64,000 bases of DNA from an uncultured Clostridia bacterium (GCA_946407735.1 CAMJPL010000001.1:88182-152181); one strand, 5' to 3'; positions 1-10,624 are shown, counted from the first letter of the stretch. Notes: a model not told the origin generated them from the letters alone. Numbers and translations: made by a program.

Positions 1-213
1 CATACAGAGTCCTTTATGTCAATTTTCCCCCCCATTTTTGTAAGAAAACTGTAATGTTTACGCCCGACGAAAAAATTTACATTCGATACGATTGTCATTT
101 CGGCGGCGCTGTGCTATAATAATGATTCGGATACAAGTCATATCCGGCGGTGTCGTCCGCATGTGAAAATCGGCGTTGTTTTCACTTTTTACCGATATCG
201 AAACAAGAGCTCC

Positions 214-274
214 GGGTTCAAGAACCCGGGTTCAAGAACCCAGGTTCAAGAACCCAGGTTCAAGAACCCGGGCT
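214..274. repeat. Four tandem 14-bp near-palindromic units (GGGTTCAAGAACCC / AGGTTCAAGAACCC) plus partial unit
   Basis: Units at 214-227, 228-241, 242-255, 256-269, partial GGGCT 270-274, read directly. Confidence 0.95.
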
Positions 275-304
275 CATATCAATAACGAAAGGATCATCTG
301 TCAA

Positions 305-1420
305 ATGAAAATCGGCTGCGTCAAGGAGATCAAGAACAACGAGTACCGCGTCGGTCTGACGCCGGACAACGTCCGCGCCTATGTGGCGGCGGGACATCAC
401 GTCTATATGGAAAAGGGCGCCGGAGTCGGCTCGGGCTTCGCCGACACCGAGTATGTCGAGGCGGGAGCGTCCCTTATCGACAACGCCGCCGACGTATGGC
501 ATCTCGTCGATATGATGGTGAAGGTAAAGGAGCCTCTGGAGGAGGAATATCCGCTCTTCCACGACGGGCTGATCCTTTACACCTACCTGCATCTCGCCGC
601 CGACAGGCAGCAGATGGACGCCCTTCTCAGCGGAAAGGTCAAGGCCGTCGCCTACGAGACGATCCAGGAGACCGACCGCAGTCTGCCGTGTCTCGCCCCT
701 ATGTCGCAGATAGCCGGACGCCTTTCGATCCAGGAGGGCGCGAAGTATCTTGAGAAGCGCTTCGGCGGCGAGGGCATCCTGCTCGCCGGCGTGCCCGGCA
801 CTCCGAAGGCGAACGTAGTCATCCTCGGCGGCGGCACCGTCGGCATGAACGCCTGCAAGATCGCCGTCGGCATGGGCGCGAACGTGACGATCCTCGATAT
901 CAACCTGAAGCGCCTCGAGGAGCTCGACAACATGTTCGGCGCGCATATCCAGACCCTCGTATCGAACGACAGCAACGTCGAGCGCGTGGTAAAGGACGCC
1001 GATCTCGTCATCGGCTCGGTGCTGATCCCCGGCGGCTCGACCCCGAAGCTGTTCAAGGAGAAATATCTGCCCGAGATGAAGGAAGGAGCCGTGTTCGTCG
1101 ACGTCGCCATCGACCAGGGCGGCTGCGGCGAGAGCAGCCATGTGACGACTCACGACGATCCGGTATTTATAAAGGAAGGCGTCGTTCACTACTGCGTCGG
1201 CAATATGCCGGGCGCCGTGCCGCGCACCTCGACCATCGCGCTGACGAACGCGACACTGAGATACGGTCTGATGATCGCCGAAAGCGGTCTTGAGGACGCC
1301 TGCAGGAAGAGCGCCGTCATCGTCTCCGGCGTCAACTGCTACTGCGGGAAGCTGACGAACAAAAACGTCGCCGCCGCGCACGGATATGAATACACCGACC
1401 TGATGGGACTGATCGGGTAA
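305..1420 (+). CDS. ald: Alanine dehydrogenase
   Basis: MKIGCVKEIKNNEYRVGLTPDNV..., GAGVGSGFxDxEY, Rossmann segment VVILGGGTVGMNACKIAVGMGANVTILD; start placed at 305 rather than the track start 176, which translates the upstream repeat. Confidence 0.93.
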   Translation: MKIGCVKEIKNNEYRVGLTPDNVRAYVAAGHHVYMEKGAGVGSGFADTEYVEAGASLIDNAADVWHLVDMMVKVKEPLEEEYPLFHDGLILYTYLHLAADRQQMDALLSGKVKAVAYETIQETDRSLPCLAPMSQIAGRLSIQEGAKYLEKRFGGEGILLAGVPGTPKANVVILGGGTVGMNACKIAVGMGANVTILDINLKRLEELDNMFGAHIQTLVSNDSNVERVVKDADLVIGSVLIPGGSTPKLFKEKYLPEMKEGAVFVDVAIDQGGCGESSHVTTHDDPVFIKEGVVHYCVGNMPGAVPRTSTIALTNATLRYGLMIAESGLEDACRKSAVIVSGVNCYCGKLTNKNVAAAHGYEYTDLMGLIG

Positions 1421-1521
1421 ATATAAACAGATACAACTGCATCGGCGTTCCCCGGAGCGCCGATGCTCTTTTATGGCTGGAATTTTGTTTCCGAAAAGCA
1501 AACAATATTGGCTTAAAATGT

Positions 1522-1550
1522 AAAATGCCGCGTCATGCGCGGCATTTTCT
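1522..1550. terminator. Intrinsic terminator hairpin
   Basis: AAAATGCCGCG-tcatg-CGCGGCATTTT. Confidence 0.7.
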
Positions 1551-1631
1551 GATTTTCAGACGGTTTATATATACAGGATCGCCTGATGATGATCCCGGCG
1601 AAATACGATGCGAAATATGAGGAGGCAAAAA

Positions 1632-3863
1632 ATGAGAAGAATGCTTGCGGCAGTCTCGGCGGCTCTCGCGGCTCTGATGCTCGCTCTTTCCGGCTGCGGC
1701 GCGGCGCCCGTAACCGATGAGGAAAACGGCGCTGCAGATGACGGCGGATCGGTCACGCTTGACGGAAGATACGAGATCACAGGGGAGGCGGAGCTTGACG
1801 GCTATAATCCGGATCACATTGAGCTTGTCGGGGACAGACTGCTCATATTAGGATCGCTGACGGAAACGCTGTACGGCGATGACGGCGCATATGTCGGAGC
1901 TAAATACGATTACCGCCTGTTTTCCGCCGACGCCGATACCATGGAGACGGATTCCGTTTCCTTCGCCTTCACGCCGGAAGGATACTGCGCCGCATGTGCC
2001 TTCGACGGCGAAGGGAATCTTCTGATGGTCGAAAGCGTATATAAGGACCGGAAAAACACCCTGACGCTCGATTTCATATCCGCCGATGGTCAGCTCGTAC
2101 GCTCGCGTTCCCTTGACGAGCTGATAACGACCGGATTCATCAGCCGCGTATGCTTTGAGTCGGGGATGTGGTACGTTTCGAGCGGAGGGAATGTCGTCGC
2201 TCTCGACAAAGCCGGGGAAGTTACCGGGAAATACGACGCCGGCGGCGATATAACGGATATGTTTTCCGCCGGAGGAAAAATCCACGCGTGCACTGCCGAC
2301 GATCATTATATCCTCGGGCCATCCGGCCTGACAGAGTCGCCGGAATGGAAAAAAGCCGGTGCGGAATCCGGCGGAAGAGGGATACTTACGGGCGGAGAGT
2401 ATGACTATCTTAAGGCGGAGAAGGAATACATCTGCGGATACACTCTCGCCGGAGAAAGGACGCCGCTTCTCAACTGGCTGAATTCCGACATATCGTATTC
2501 AGATACGGGAGACTTTGTGTACGGCTCGGACGATGTCGTATATCTGATTCTGTTCGGCAGCTTTGATGGCCCCGGGACCCGCGTCGTGCGCATGGAGCGC
2601 AAAGAGGGCTATACGATCCCGGCGTCAGACGTCATAACTCTTTATTACGGCGAGAGCGGCTCAATGATCGTGCCGATCGCGGCGGCGGGGTTCAACGCAT
2701 CGCAGAGCGAATACCGCGTCGTCTGTCATGAGCTGTCCGAAGGGGAGGACGCTTCGGCGGCTGACGGCCTGAATCTGAGACTTGTCAGCGGCGAAGCGGG
2801 AGATATAATCGAGATCGCGCCGGACGCGGATATAAAGAGCTATATCGATAAAGGAGTTTTCCTCGATCTCTATGATCTCGGGATAAAAAAGGACGGGCTT
2901 TTCTCATGCGTGACGGAGCTGTGCGAGACGGACGGCAGTCTGTACGCCATGCCGGTCAGCTTCACTTTTCAGTCTCTCGTCGGGAGCGTCGATTTCCATC
3001 CCGGCGGCAGCGGCTGGACGGTGGACGAGTTTATAACTGAATATAAAGCGGCAGCAGGCGAAGGGGGATATCTCACGTCAAACGACGGGAGAGCGGCTGT
3101 GCTCGGGTATATCCGTACCGGTCTTATGCTGAGTTACATAGACTTTGAGAAAAACGTCTGCTCATTCGATGATCCGTCTTTCATTGAGGCGGCCGAGTGG
3201 CTCAAGAGTCTTCCGGAAAGCAGGACGATATCGGGCGGTATGGTGAGATCGGCGCAGGATTTTATTGACGGAAAGGTGAAACTGGAGAACAAGCATTTCA
3301 CGATGCCGCAGGACTGTCTTACCGCTTCTTCGCTGTTCGGGGAATTCGGCAGCGGCGGTTTCGTCGGCTATCCGACGCCGGACGGCGGCAGGGCGCAGAT
3401 GATATGCGAGCGATATTACGGCATAAGCAGCTCCTGCAATAATCCGGAGGCGGCATTGACATTCCTGAGATACATGCTCGGCGGCGATGCGCTCAGCCCG
3501 TATTATTCCATGGGCAGCTTCGGCTTCCCGTCGCTCAAAGCCATGCTCACAGCCGTGACGGACAGGCTCAGAGGCTACGAATACCAGATCGATCCGGCCA
3601 ATCTGCCGTCTATGACGGGATCGAGCGCCGGGATCCCCGAGAGCCAGAAGCGGGACGGCATGATCTATATAAAGATAGACGACGATACCACAGATTATGT
3701 CGTAGGTTTCATCGAAAAGATAAGGCCTCTGAACCGGCTCGACAGTCAGCTTACGGATATATTCGATGAGGAGCTGTCGACGCTGTTCGGCGGCAGAAGC
3801 GCCGCCGACACGGCGAAAAACCTGCAGTCAAGGATATCCCTCTGGCTTGCCGAGAGGGAGTGA
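1632..3863 (+). CDS. Lipoprotein with C-terminal extracellular solute-binding-like domain
   Basis: Lipobox-like LALSGCGAA; C-terminal half resembles ABC sugar-binding proteins (IIEIAPDADIKSYIDKGVFLDLYDL, GSLYAMPVSF); N-terminal half repetitive, propeller-like. Confidence 0.6.
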   Translation: MRRMLAAVSAALAALMLALSGCGAAPVTDEENGAADDGGSVTLDGRYEITGEAELDGYNPDHIELVGDRLLILGSLTETLYGDDGAYVGAKYDYRLFSADADTMETDSVSFAFTPEGYCAACAFDGEGNLLMVESVYKDRKNTLTLDFISADGQLVRSRSLDELITTGFISRVCFESGMWYVSSGGNVVALDKAGEVTGKYDAGGDITDMFSAGGKIHACTADDHYILGPSGLTESPEWKKAGAESGGRGILTGGEYDYLKAEKEYICGYTLAGERTPLLNWLNSDISYSDTGDFVYGSDDVVYLILFGSFDGPGTRVVRMERKEGYTIPASDVITLYYGESGSMIVPIAAAGFNASQSEYRVVCHELSEGEDASAADGLNLRLVSGEAGDIIEIAPDADIKSYIDKGVFLDLYDLGIKKDGLFSCVTELCETDGSLYAMPVSFTFQSLVGSVDFHPGGSGWTVDEFITEYKAAAGEGGYLTSNDGRAAVLGYIRTGLMLSYIDFEKNVCSFDDPSFIEAAEWLKSLPESRTISGGMVRSAQDFIDGKVKLENKHFTMPQDCLTASSLFGEFGSGGFVGYPTPDGGRAQMICERYYGISSSCNNPEAALTFLRYMLGGDALSPYYSMGSFGFPSLKAMLTAVTDRLRGYEYQIDPANLPSMTGSSAGIPESQKRDGMIYIKIDDDTTDYVVGFIEKIRPLNRLDSQLTDIFDEELSTLFGGRSAADTAKNLQSRISLWLAERE

Positions 3864-3868
3864 GCTTG

Positions 3869-4354
3869 TCATTTCACCGCCGTCAGCGGGCATATCTTCG
3901 CCTCGGTGATCTTCGCGAGATCGTCCGGCGAGAGGATTATCTGCTCGCCGCGCATCCCGGCGGAGACGGCGATCTCGTCCCACAGCACGCAGGTCTCGTC
4001 GATGAAGGTCGGGAACTTCTTCTTCATTCCGATCGGCGAGCAGCCGCCGCGCATATAGCCGGTCACCTTTATGAGATCCTTCATCGGTATCATCTCGACC
4101 CGCTTCGCCCCGCTCTCGCGGGCGACGAGCTTGAGATCGAGCTCCTCGGCGACCGGGATCACGCAGACTATATGCCCGGCGTCGCCCTCGAGGACGAGCG
4201 TCTTGAATACCTGATCCGCCGGCATATCCATCTCGGCGGCTGCGTGGACGCCGGAAAGATCGCTCTCGTCCACCATGTATTCCGCCGTGCGGAAGGGCAC
4301 AGACGCCGCCTCGAGGATCCTCATCACGTTTGTTTTCGTCATTTCTTTCACCAT
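3869..4354 (-). CDS. ybaK: Cys-tRNA(Pro)/aminoacyl-tRNA deacylase, YbaK/EbsC type
   Basis: MTKTNVMRILEAASVPFRTAEY...DQVFKTLVLEG...GGCSPIGMKKKFPTFIDET motif. Confidence 0.88.
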   Translation of the reverse strand: MVKEMTKTNVMRILEAASVPFRTAEYMVDESDLSGVHAAAEMDMPADQVFKTLVLEGDAGHIVCVIPVAEELDLKLVARESGAKRVEMIPMKDLIKVTGYMRGGCSPIGMKKKFPTFIDETCVLWDEIAVSAGMRGEQIILSPDDLAKITEAKICPLTAVK

Positions 4355-4530
4355 CAGTCGATTCTATAATCGGTTATATTTCGGATATATTTTATCATAC
4401 GCGCGGCGTTATTATGTTTAATATTTGTGTTGATTCGGTGAATTATGCGGCGGGAGCTTGATATCGGCGATGAAAAGGGGTATAATAGTATCAAAGACGC
4501 TCTCACGGAAAGATATTCATCAGATCATCC

Positions 4531-5979
4531 ATGAACAAGACCATCATATCCTTCATCGCGCTCATCGCGCTGATACTGTCATCATGCGACGCGTACGTCT
4601 CGGAGCTCACGTCGGCTCAGATACCGGCGATAACCGGCTATTCCGCCGATCCGGCCGCCGCGCCGGAAACGGCGTCCGCCGGAGCTTCGGCTGAAGCTTC
4701 GTCCGAGGAAACCGCGTCGGCTGAGGCCGAAGCTGAGACACTGCCGGAGACCGAGCCGGAACCTCAGATCCCGGAGCTTACCGGCACGGTGAACTGGATC
4801 GGGCCCGACAGCTTCGAGATCCGCCTCTCAGACGGCACGATCGTTTCGGTCCCGCTGTCGGCAGAGATCGATTCGCCCGAATACGGCGTGATGTACGGCG
4901 CCGAAGCGTCGGTCTCCTTAGGCGACGGCGGCACTGCCGCGTCGGCGCGCGTCGGCGGGCTCGATATCGCCGACAGGGCGTGGGAGATAATGAAGGGTAT
5001 GTCGGACGAGGAGCGCGTCGGACAGCTCATCATGGCCGGCTGCTCCGACAGGGCGACGGCGCTGTCGGCGGTCGAAAGCTGCCGTCTCGGCGGGCTCGTG
5101 CTGTTCTCGCGCGATTTCAAAAACGACACGAAGGCTTCGGCGGCCGCCGCGATACAGGCGTATCAGGACAGGGCGAAGATACCGCTCATCATATCGGCCG
5201 ACGAGGAGGGCGGCACCGTCTGCCGCGTCAGCTATTATTCCCAGTACCGCTCGACGAACTTCCTTTCTCCCCGCGCGATGTACGCGAGAGCGGGGATGGA
5301 CGGGATAAGAACCGAGGCCGCCGAAAAGGCGAAGCTCCTGCTCTCCCTCGGTGTGAACATGAACCTTGCTCCCGTCGCCGACATATCGACCGATCCCGCC
5401 GATTTCATCTATGACCGCTCTCTCGGCCAGAGCCCGGAGATCACGGCGGAATTCATAAAGACGGTCGTTGAGACGAACAGAAGCGAAGGTCTCGCCTCCT
5501 GCCTAAAGCATTTTCCCGGCTACGGCTCGGCGTCGGACACCCACACCGGCATAGCCTACGACGGCAGGGAGATGTCTGAGTTCGTAAACAAGGATTTCGT
5601 TCCGTTCAAAGCCGGGATCGACTCGGGCGTCGGGGCGGTCATGGTCGCGCATATCATATGCTCCGGCATAGATGCCGATATCCCGGCCAGCCTTTCGGAG
5701 AAGACGCACAAGCTGCTCAGGCAGGAGCTGTCCTTCACCGGAGTGTGCGTCACCGACGATCTCGCCATGGGGGCGATAACGCAGTACACCGGCGGGTACA
5801 ACGCCGCCGTGTCGGCGCTCCTCTGCGGCAACGACATACTCGCGGTCAGCGGCGACTACATGACGCCGTACACCGCACTTTTAGAGTCGCTTAAAAGCGG
5901 CGTGATTCCGCGCCATATGATAGACGGCGCCTGCATGAGGGTGCTGATGTACAAGCTGGACAACGGCATTATCGGCTGA
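4531..5979 (+). CDS. Secreted/lipoprotein glycoside hydrolase family 3 (beta-N-acetylhexosaminidase-like)
   Basis: Signal with LILSSCDA; LIISADEEGGTVCR, CLKHFPGYGSASDTHTG, FTGVCVTDDLAMGA motifs of NagZ-type GH3. Confidence 0.87.
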   Translation: MNKTIISFIALIALILSSCDAYVSELTSAQIPAITGYSADPAAAPETASAGASAEASSEETASAEAEAETLPETEPEPQIPELTGTVNWIGPDSFEIRLSDGTIVSVPLSAEIDSPEYGVMYGAEASVSLGDGGTAASARVGGLDIADRAWEIMKGMSDEERVGQLIMAGCSDRATALSAVESCRLGGLVLFSRDFKNDTKASAAAAIQAYQDRAKIPLIISADEEGGTVCRVSYYSQYRSTNFLSPRAMYARAGMDGIRTEAAEKAKLLLSLGVNMNLAPVADISTDPADFIYDRSLGQSPEITAEFIKTVVETNRSEGLASCLKHFPGYGSASDTHTGIAYDGREMSEFVNKDFVPFKAGIDSGVGAVMVAHIICSGIDADIPASLSEKTHKLLRQELSFTGVCVTDDLAMGAITQYTGGYNAAVSALLCGNDILAVSGDYMTPYTALLESLKSGVIPRHMIDGACMRVLMYKLDNGIIG

Positions 5980-6374
5980 CAGAGTCAGCGGATGACAAAG
6001 TAGTCAGCGGCTGAGAGGCTGATAAATCAGCGCCTGATCGGCCGGAATGTGTCCCGCAGGAGTATGCTCCCGCAGAACCGCCATACATTTTTTAATCTGC
6101 CGCCGTGTTTATATGCCTGATATAAGGGAAAACCGGCGACAAAATTTTATTTCTAAATTTTTAACAGGGAAAAGCCCGCTCAGATGTTGATTTTTCCCGC
6201 CGAATGAGGTATAATATTCGGACCTGTAATGGGTTTATCCGAAAAATCAGACTTTTTGATTTTTCTTAAGGAACATTGCGGGCATCTCCGGCGTCTCAGT
6301 CGGGACAGGGGATCTTCATCTTAAATCTATGCGAAAAAACAAGTCAAATATCCAATCCATCGGAGGCAAAAATT

Positions 6375-9300
6375 ATGACAGGTCGTAAATCCGCAATCCG
6401 GAAGCTGTCGGCGCTGCTCGCGGCGCTGATGGTGCTCGGAACGCTGACAGCTCTGCCCGTTTTCGCTGACAGCTTCAGCGACATATCCAGCCATTGGGCT
6501 AAGGCAAACGTCGAATACATGGTGGATAAGGAGATCATATCCGGCTATCCGGACGGCACCTTCCGCCCCGACAATACCGTGACCCGCGCCGAGTTCATCA
6601 AGATGCTCGACGCCACCTTCGGCCTCACGGAGACGGCCGCCATCAGCTTCAGCGACGTATCAAACTCGCAGTGGTATTATCCTTATATCCAGCAGGCCGC
6701 CGCTCAGGGATATCTCCTGAACTACGGCTCGACGCTGAACCCGAACGGCGAGCTCACCCGTGAGGAAGCCGCCGCTCTCCTCGCACGCTATCTCAACCTC
6801 GCCGAGAAGGACCGCGCTTCCGTCTCCTTCACCGACGCGGCTTCGATCAACCAGAACTACCGCGGCTATGTCTACGCCTGCGTCGACGCCGGTATAATCA
6901 AGGGATATGACACCGGCGACTTCAAGCCGCAGCGCACCCTCACCCGCGCCGAGGCCATGGCTATCCTCTACCGTTCGGCCGGCTCCATCTACCGCGGCTC
7001 CGCCGTCGGCGCCGAAAACGGCGCTCAGGCCGGCAACGCCACCATCACGAAGGGCGGCTCGAACATCTCCAACGCCTCCTTCTCCGGCTCGGTCTACATC
7101 ACCGAGGGCGCCGGCTCGTCTACCGTTACCCTTTCCAACTGCAATATCCGCGGCACTCTTTATCTCCGCGGCAATTCCAGAGTCCAGCTCGCCGGATCGA
7201 CCGTCAACAACGTCGTCGTTATCGGCAAGTCCTCCGCCACCGTCGGCGTCAACCTTGACGAGACCAGCACGGTGACGACTCTCGACGCCCAGTCGCCGGT
7301 ATCTGTCTATCTGCAGAGCGGCTCGACCGTCAGCACGATGAACGTCGGCGAGCATGCCGAGAGCAGCTCGGTCTCCGGCGCCGGCACCGTCGGCCAGCTC
7401 AACATCAACGGCGCCAAGTTCAAGTCCGACGTCACGCCGAGGAACTACACCATCGGTGACCGTCTCACCGCCGAGATCGGCGGCCAGAGCGTCGGCGGCA
7501 GCGGCACCAGCAGGACCGGTGTGAAGTCCGGCACCACTCCCGTGCTCGAGACCTCCGGCAGCCGCGATACCCTCACCCTGACCCCGAATGAGACCTCCGT
7601 TCTCTTCTGGTATTACACCAACTCCACCGCCGCTCCGTCGAGCAAGGAGTTCGCCGACATTTACAGACGCCAGAGCTCCAACGTGAAGGGCTTCCAGAGC
7701 CTCGATCAGGTCCAGTCCTACACCCTGCAGCTCGTTCAGTCGAGCATCGCCGCGCAGTACAACAACGTGGTCATCTGCCTGCTCGCCAATCAGGAATACT
7801 TCGATCCGATCATCCTTTCCCGCACCGGAGCGAACAACACCGGCAACAGCGCCGCCGGCTTCAAGAACAACCCGACGGTAAAGACCAACTCGCTCACCAA
7901 CCTCGATACCCTCTCCTTTATGCCTGAGGTATCGGGAACGATGTACTACTACTACACCACCTCCCCGACGGCGGTCACAGCTCAGCAGTTCAGGCTGAAC
8001 TACGACGCCTCCGCTCAGGGACTCAGGGGCAATAAGACCGTCATCGCCGGCAACAGCTACGCCGAGACGACTTCCTTCAACCCCGTGTCTTCCGGCTCGA
8101 ACTACAACTACGTCGCCGTGATGCTCACCTCCGGCGCCTCCGACTATCAGCCGATCGTCGTCACCCGCAACGCGGCTGACGGCGGCAACCTGCAGGCCTC
8201 CGGCCTTGCCGACGCTCCGGTATGGTCGTCCTACAACGGCAACGAGTCGCTGAGGATCAACGCCAGCGCCGCCGGTACCCTCAAGTATTACTACACCAAC
8301 TCGTCTCAGGCTCCGAACGCCAGCACCTTCAATGCCTACTACGGCATGGCCGGGACCTACTACAACGCCATCCGCGTTTCCCAGGGCGCTCAGAACACAT
8401 ATCTCACCACCTCGACGACCGGCACGAACGGCACCACCACCCAGACCAACATCAAGACCAATACCGTCAACGCTTCCGGCCTCGGCTACATCGTAATCAT
8501 GCTGACCGACGGCGTCGGCAACAACTACGCTCCCTATGTGGTGGCCCGTCAGGACAACAGCACGACCGGCGGCGGCTTCTCTACGAAGCCCTCCGTCAGC
8601 ATCGGCTCGCAGAACGACACCATCAGCTTCACCCCGTCGATGACCGGCTACGTCTTCTGGTATTACACCACCTCGTCCGGATCCATCCCGGCCGGCAGCT
8701 TCATGTCCAACTGGAACAATGCCCCGACCAGCGCCCGCGGCCAGTCCGGCCAGGTGCAGTCCGGCGTCGCTCAGTCCATCATGGGCGGCATCGCCGACTT
8801 CGCGAAGAACTACAGCTACATAGTCGTATCTCTTCAGGACACCACCGGAGCCTTCCAGGAGCCCGTCACCATCGCCCGCACTCAGGCCAACACCTCCAGC
8901 TACGGCTTCCGCGTCAACCCGACCGTCGCCATCAACGTCAACGGCAACGACACCATCTCGCTGACGCCTCAGTACAACGGAACGGTTTACTACTACTATT
9001 CCAACTCGGCTTCCTCGATATCCGGCTACAGCACCTTTGAGTCCAACTGGAACACCTCTTCGATAAAGAGCAGCTTTGCCGTAAACGGCGGAAGCGCTGC
9101 CACCGTGAACACCATCGCGAGCGCCAGCGTCCCGACCAATCTGCAGTATGTCGTGATCATGCTCCGCGACAGCAACGGCACCTACTACTCGCCGATCACC
9201 GTCAGACGCGGCGCGACCAACGCCAACGTCACCGGCACCGGCCTCACCGCCGCCAGCCTGACCTCCGGCACCACGACCGACCTTATCAGCGTCACCGCCT

Positions 9301-10541
9301 CGGCAAACGGCACCGTGAAGTTCTACTACACCACCTCCGCCGTCACACCGAGCTCCGCTGACTTCGACACCTACTACAACAACGCGAACTCCAGCTTCAA
9401 GAGCACCATCAGCGTGACCGCCAACCAGACGGCTCAGGTCTACGGCCTGTCCAACATGTACAGCGCCTCCTACCCGTATGTCGTCATGATGCTTGAGACT
9501 CCCGCCACCATGATCGGCGGCAGCACCACCAAGTATCAGCCGGTCGTCATCACCCGCGGCGCCGCCGGCATAAACAACAACGTCGCCGCCGGCTTCACGG
9601 CGGGTCCGGTGGTCAATACTCAGGTGAACGGAACGAACTATATCGACACGATAGCCTTCACTCCCTCCCAGACCGGTACCGTTTACTTCCTGTACACAAA
9701 TACCCCGGCTTCCTTCACGAACGCTCAGACCGTCGTCTCCAACATCAATAACTCGAACGGCGGCACCTTCACCGTAACGGCGAATACTCCTGTCCAGAAT
9801 CAGATCAACACCACTACGGTAAACAACGCCACCGCCGTCATCTTCGTGCTCGCCACCACCGCCGGATATTCCAACCCGGTGACTGTCTACCGCAACGCCG
9901 GAATGAATACAGGCACCAATACCAACAGCGGCTACGGAATGAGCAAGGCCAGCCTGAACACTATCACCGGCAACGTCGAAGTGCGCGCTACGGTCAACGG
10001 ATATCTCTACTATTACTATACCAACAGCGCAACCGTGAACATGACTGCGAACGATATGCGCAACTACGGCACATATACCAACGCGAATACTCTCGGAGAC
10101 GTGAGCGTTCCCGGCAACAACGGCTACGCCTACGTATGGCTGATGATGTATGACGGCATGAACTCCTACGCGCCTTACCGCGTGCAGCTCAGCACAAGCG
10201 GCGGGAACAACGGCGGAACAGGGATGAATACGAATTCCGGCAGCGGATTCAAGGATACTATGACCGTCAAGATCGATGGCAATACTTACTTCACATATAT
10301 TCCTAACGCCAACGGCAGAATATACTATTATGTAAGCAATGCCAGCACCAACCCCGGAGCATCGAATTACATGTATTCATGGGCTTCTGCTTCCGGAAAC
10401 ATGATAAGTGATCTGAAGAAGGACACTTCTTACTCGATCAACCTGTCAAGCTTCACGGGCGGAACCAATAAGTACCTGATCATCCAGTTCGTTTCCTCCG
10501 ACAATACGCCTTACACTCCTCAGGTCATCACGCTTCCGTAA
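6375..10541 (+). CDS. Large SLH-domain cell-surface protein with repetitive modules
   Basis: Signal peptide MTGRKSAIRKLSALLAALMVLGTLTALPVFA; SLH repeats (FSDISSHWAKANVEYMVDKEIISGYPDGTFRPDNTVTRAEF...); nine WYY/YYYYT-containing modules. Confidence 0.88.
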   Translation: MTGRKSAIRKLSALLAALMVLGTLTALPVFADSFSDISSHWAKANVEYMVDKEIISGYPDGTFRPDNTVTRAEFIKMLDATFGLTETAAISFSDVSNSQWYYPYIQQAAAQGYLLNYGSTLNPNGELTREEAAALLARYLNLAEKDRASVSFTDAASINQNYRGYVYACVDAGIIKGYDTGDFKPQRTLTRAEAMAILYRSAGSIYRGSAVGAENGAQAGNATITKGGSNISNASFSGSVYITEGAGSSTVTLSNCNIRGTLYLRGNSRVQLAGSTVNNVVVIGKSSATVGVNLDETSTVTTLDAQSPVSVYLQSGSTVSTMNVGEHAESSSVSGAGTVGQLNINGAKFKSDVTPRNYTIGDRLTAEIGGQSVGGSGTSRTGVKSGTTPVLETSGSRDTLTLTPNETSVLFWYYTNSTAAPSSKEFADIYRRQSSNVKGFQSLDQVQSYTLQLVQSSIAAQYNNVVICLLANQEYFDPIILSRTGANNTGNSAAGFKNNPTVKTNSLTNLDTLSFMPEVSGTMYYYYTTSPTAVTAQQFRLNYDASAQGLRGNKTVIAGNSYAETTSFNPVSSGSNYNYVAVMLTSGASDYQPIVVTRNAADGGNLQASGLADAPVWSSYNGNESLRINASAAGTLKYYYTNSSQAPNASTFNAYYGMAGTYYNAIRVSQGAQNTYLTTSTTGTNGTTTQTNIKTNTVNASGLGYIVIMLTDGVGNNYAPYVVARQDNSTTGGGFSTKPSVSIGSQNDTISFTPSMTGYVFWYYTTSSGSIPAGSFMSNWNNAPTSARGQSGQVQSGVAQSIMGGIADFAKNYSYIVVSLQDTTGAFQEPVTIARTQANTSSYGFRVNPTVAINVNGNDTISLTPQYNGTVYYYYSNSASSISGYSTFESNWNTSSIKSSFAVNGGSAATVNTIASASVPTNLQYVVIMLRDSNGTYYSPITVRRGATNANVTGTGLTAASLTSGTTTDLISVTASANGTVKFYYTTSAVTPSSADFDTYYNNANSSFKSTISVTANQTAQVYGLSNMYSASYPYVVMMLETPATMIGGSTTKYQPVVITRGAAGINNNVAAGFTAGPVVNTQVNGTNYIDTIAFTPSQTGTVYFLYTNTPASFTNAQTVVSNINNSNGGTFTVTANTPVQNQINTTTVNNATAVIFVLATTAGYSNPVTVYRNAGMNTGTNTNSGYGMSKASLNTITGNVEVRATVNGYLYYYYTNSATVNMTANDMRNYGTYTNANTLGDVSVPGNNGYAYVWLMMYDGMNSYAPYRVQLSTSGGNNGGTGMNTNSGSGFKDTMTVKIDGNTYFTYIPNANGRIYYYVSNASTNPGASNYMYSWASASGNMISDLKKDTSYSINLSSFTGGTNKYLIIQFVSSDNTPYTPQVITLP

Positions 10542-10563
10542 TTCAAGTCAAATAACTAAACCG

Positions 10564-10598
10564 ACCGCCTCCCGGATAAAACCGGGAGGCGGTTTTCG
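10564..10598 (+). terminator. Intrinsic terminator after SLH gene
   Basis: GACCGCCTCCCGG-ataaaa-CCGGGAGGCGGTTTT. Confidence 0.85.
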
Positions 10599-10624
10599 TA
10601 TTATTATTAATATCACTCTTTCTA

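Noticed and set aside
214-274. Considered as a CRISPR-like array
   Set aside because: Units are contiguous with no spacers and only 14 bp; no cas genes in the window.
176-304. Track extension of alanine dehydrogenase by 43 aa (MFSLFTDIETRAPGSRTRVQEPRF...)
   Set aside because: Translates the tandem palindromic repeat; the family N-terminus MKIGCVKEIKNNE starts at 305.
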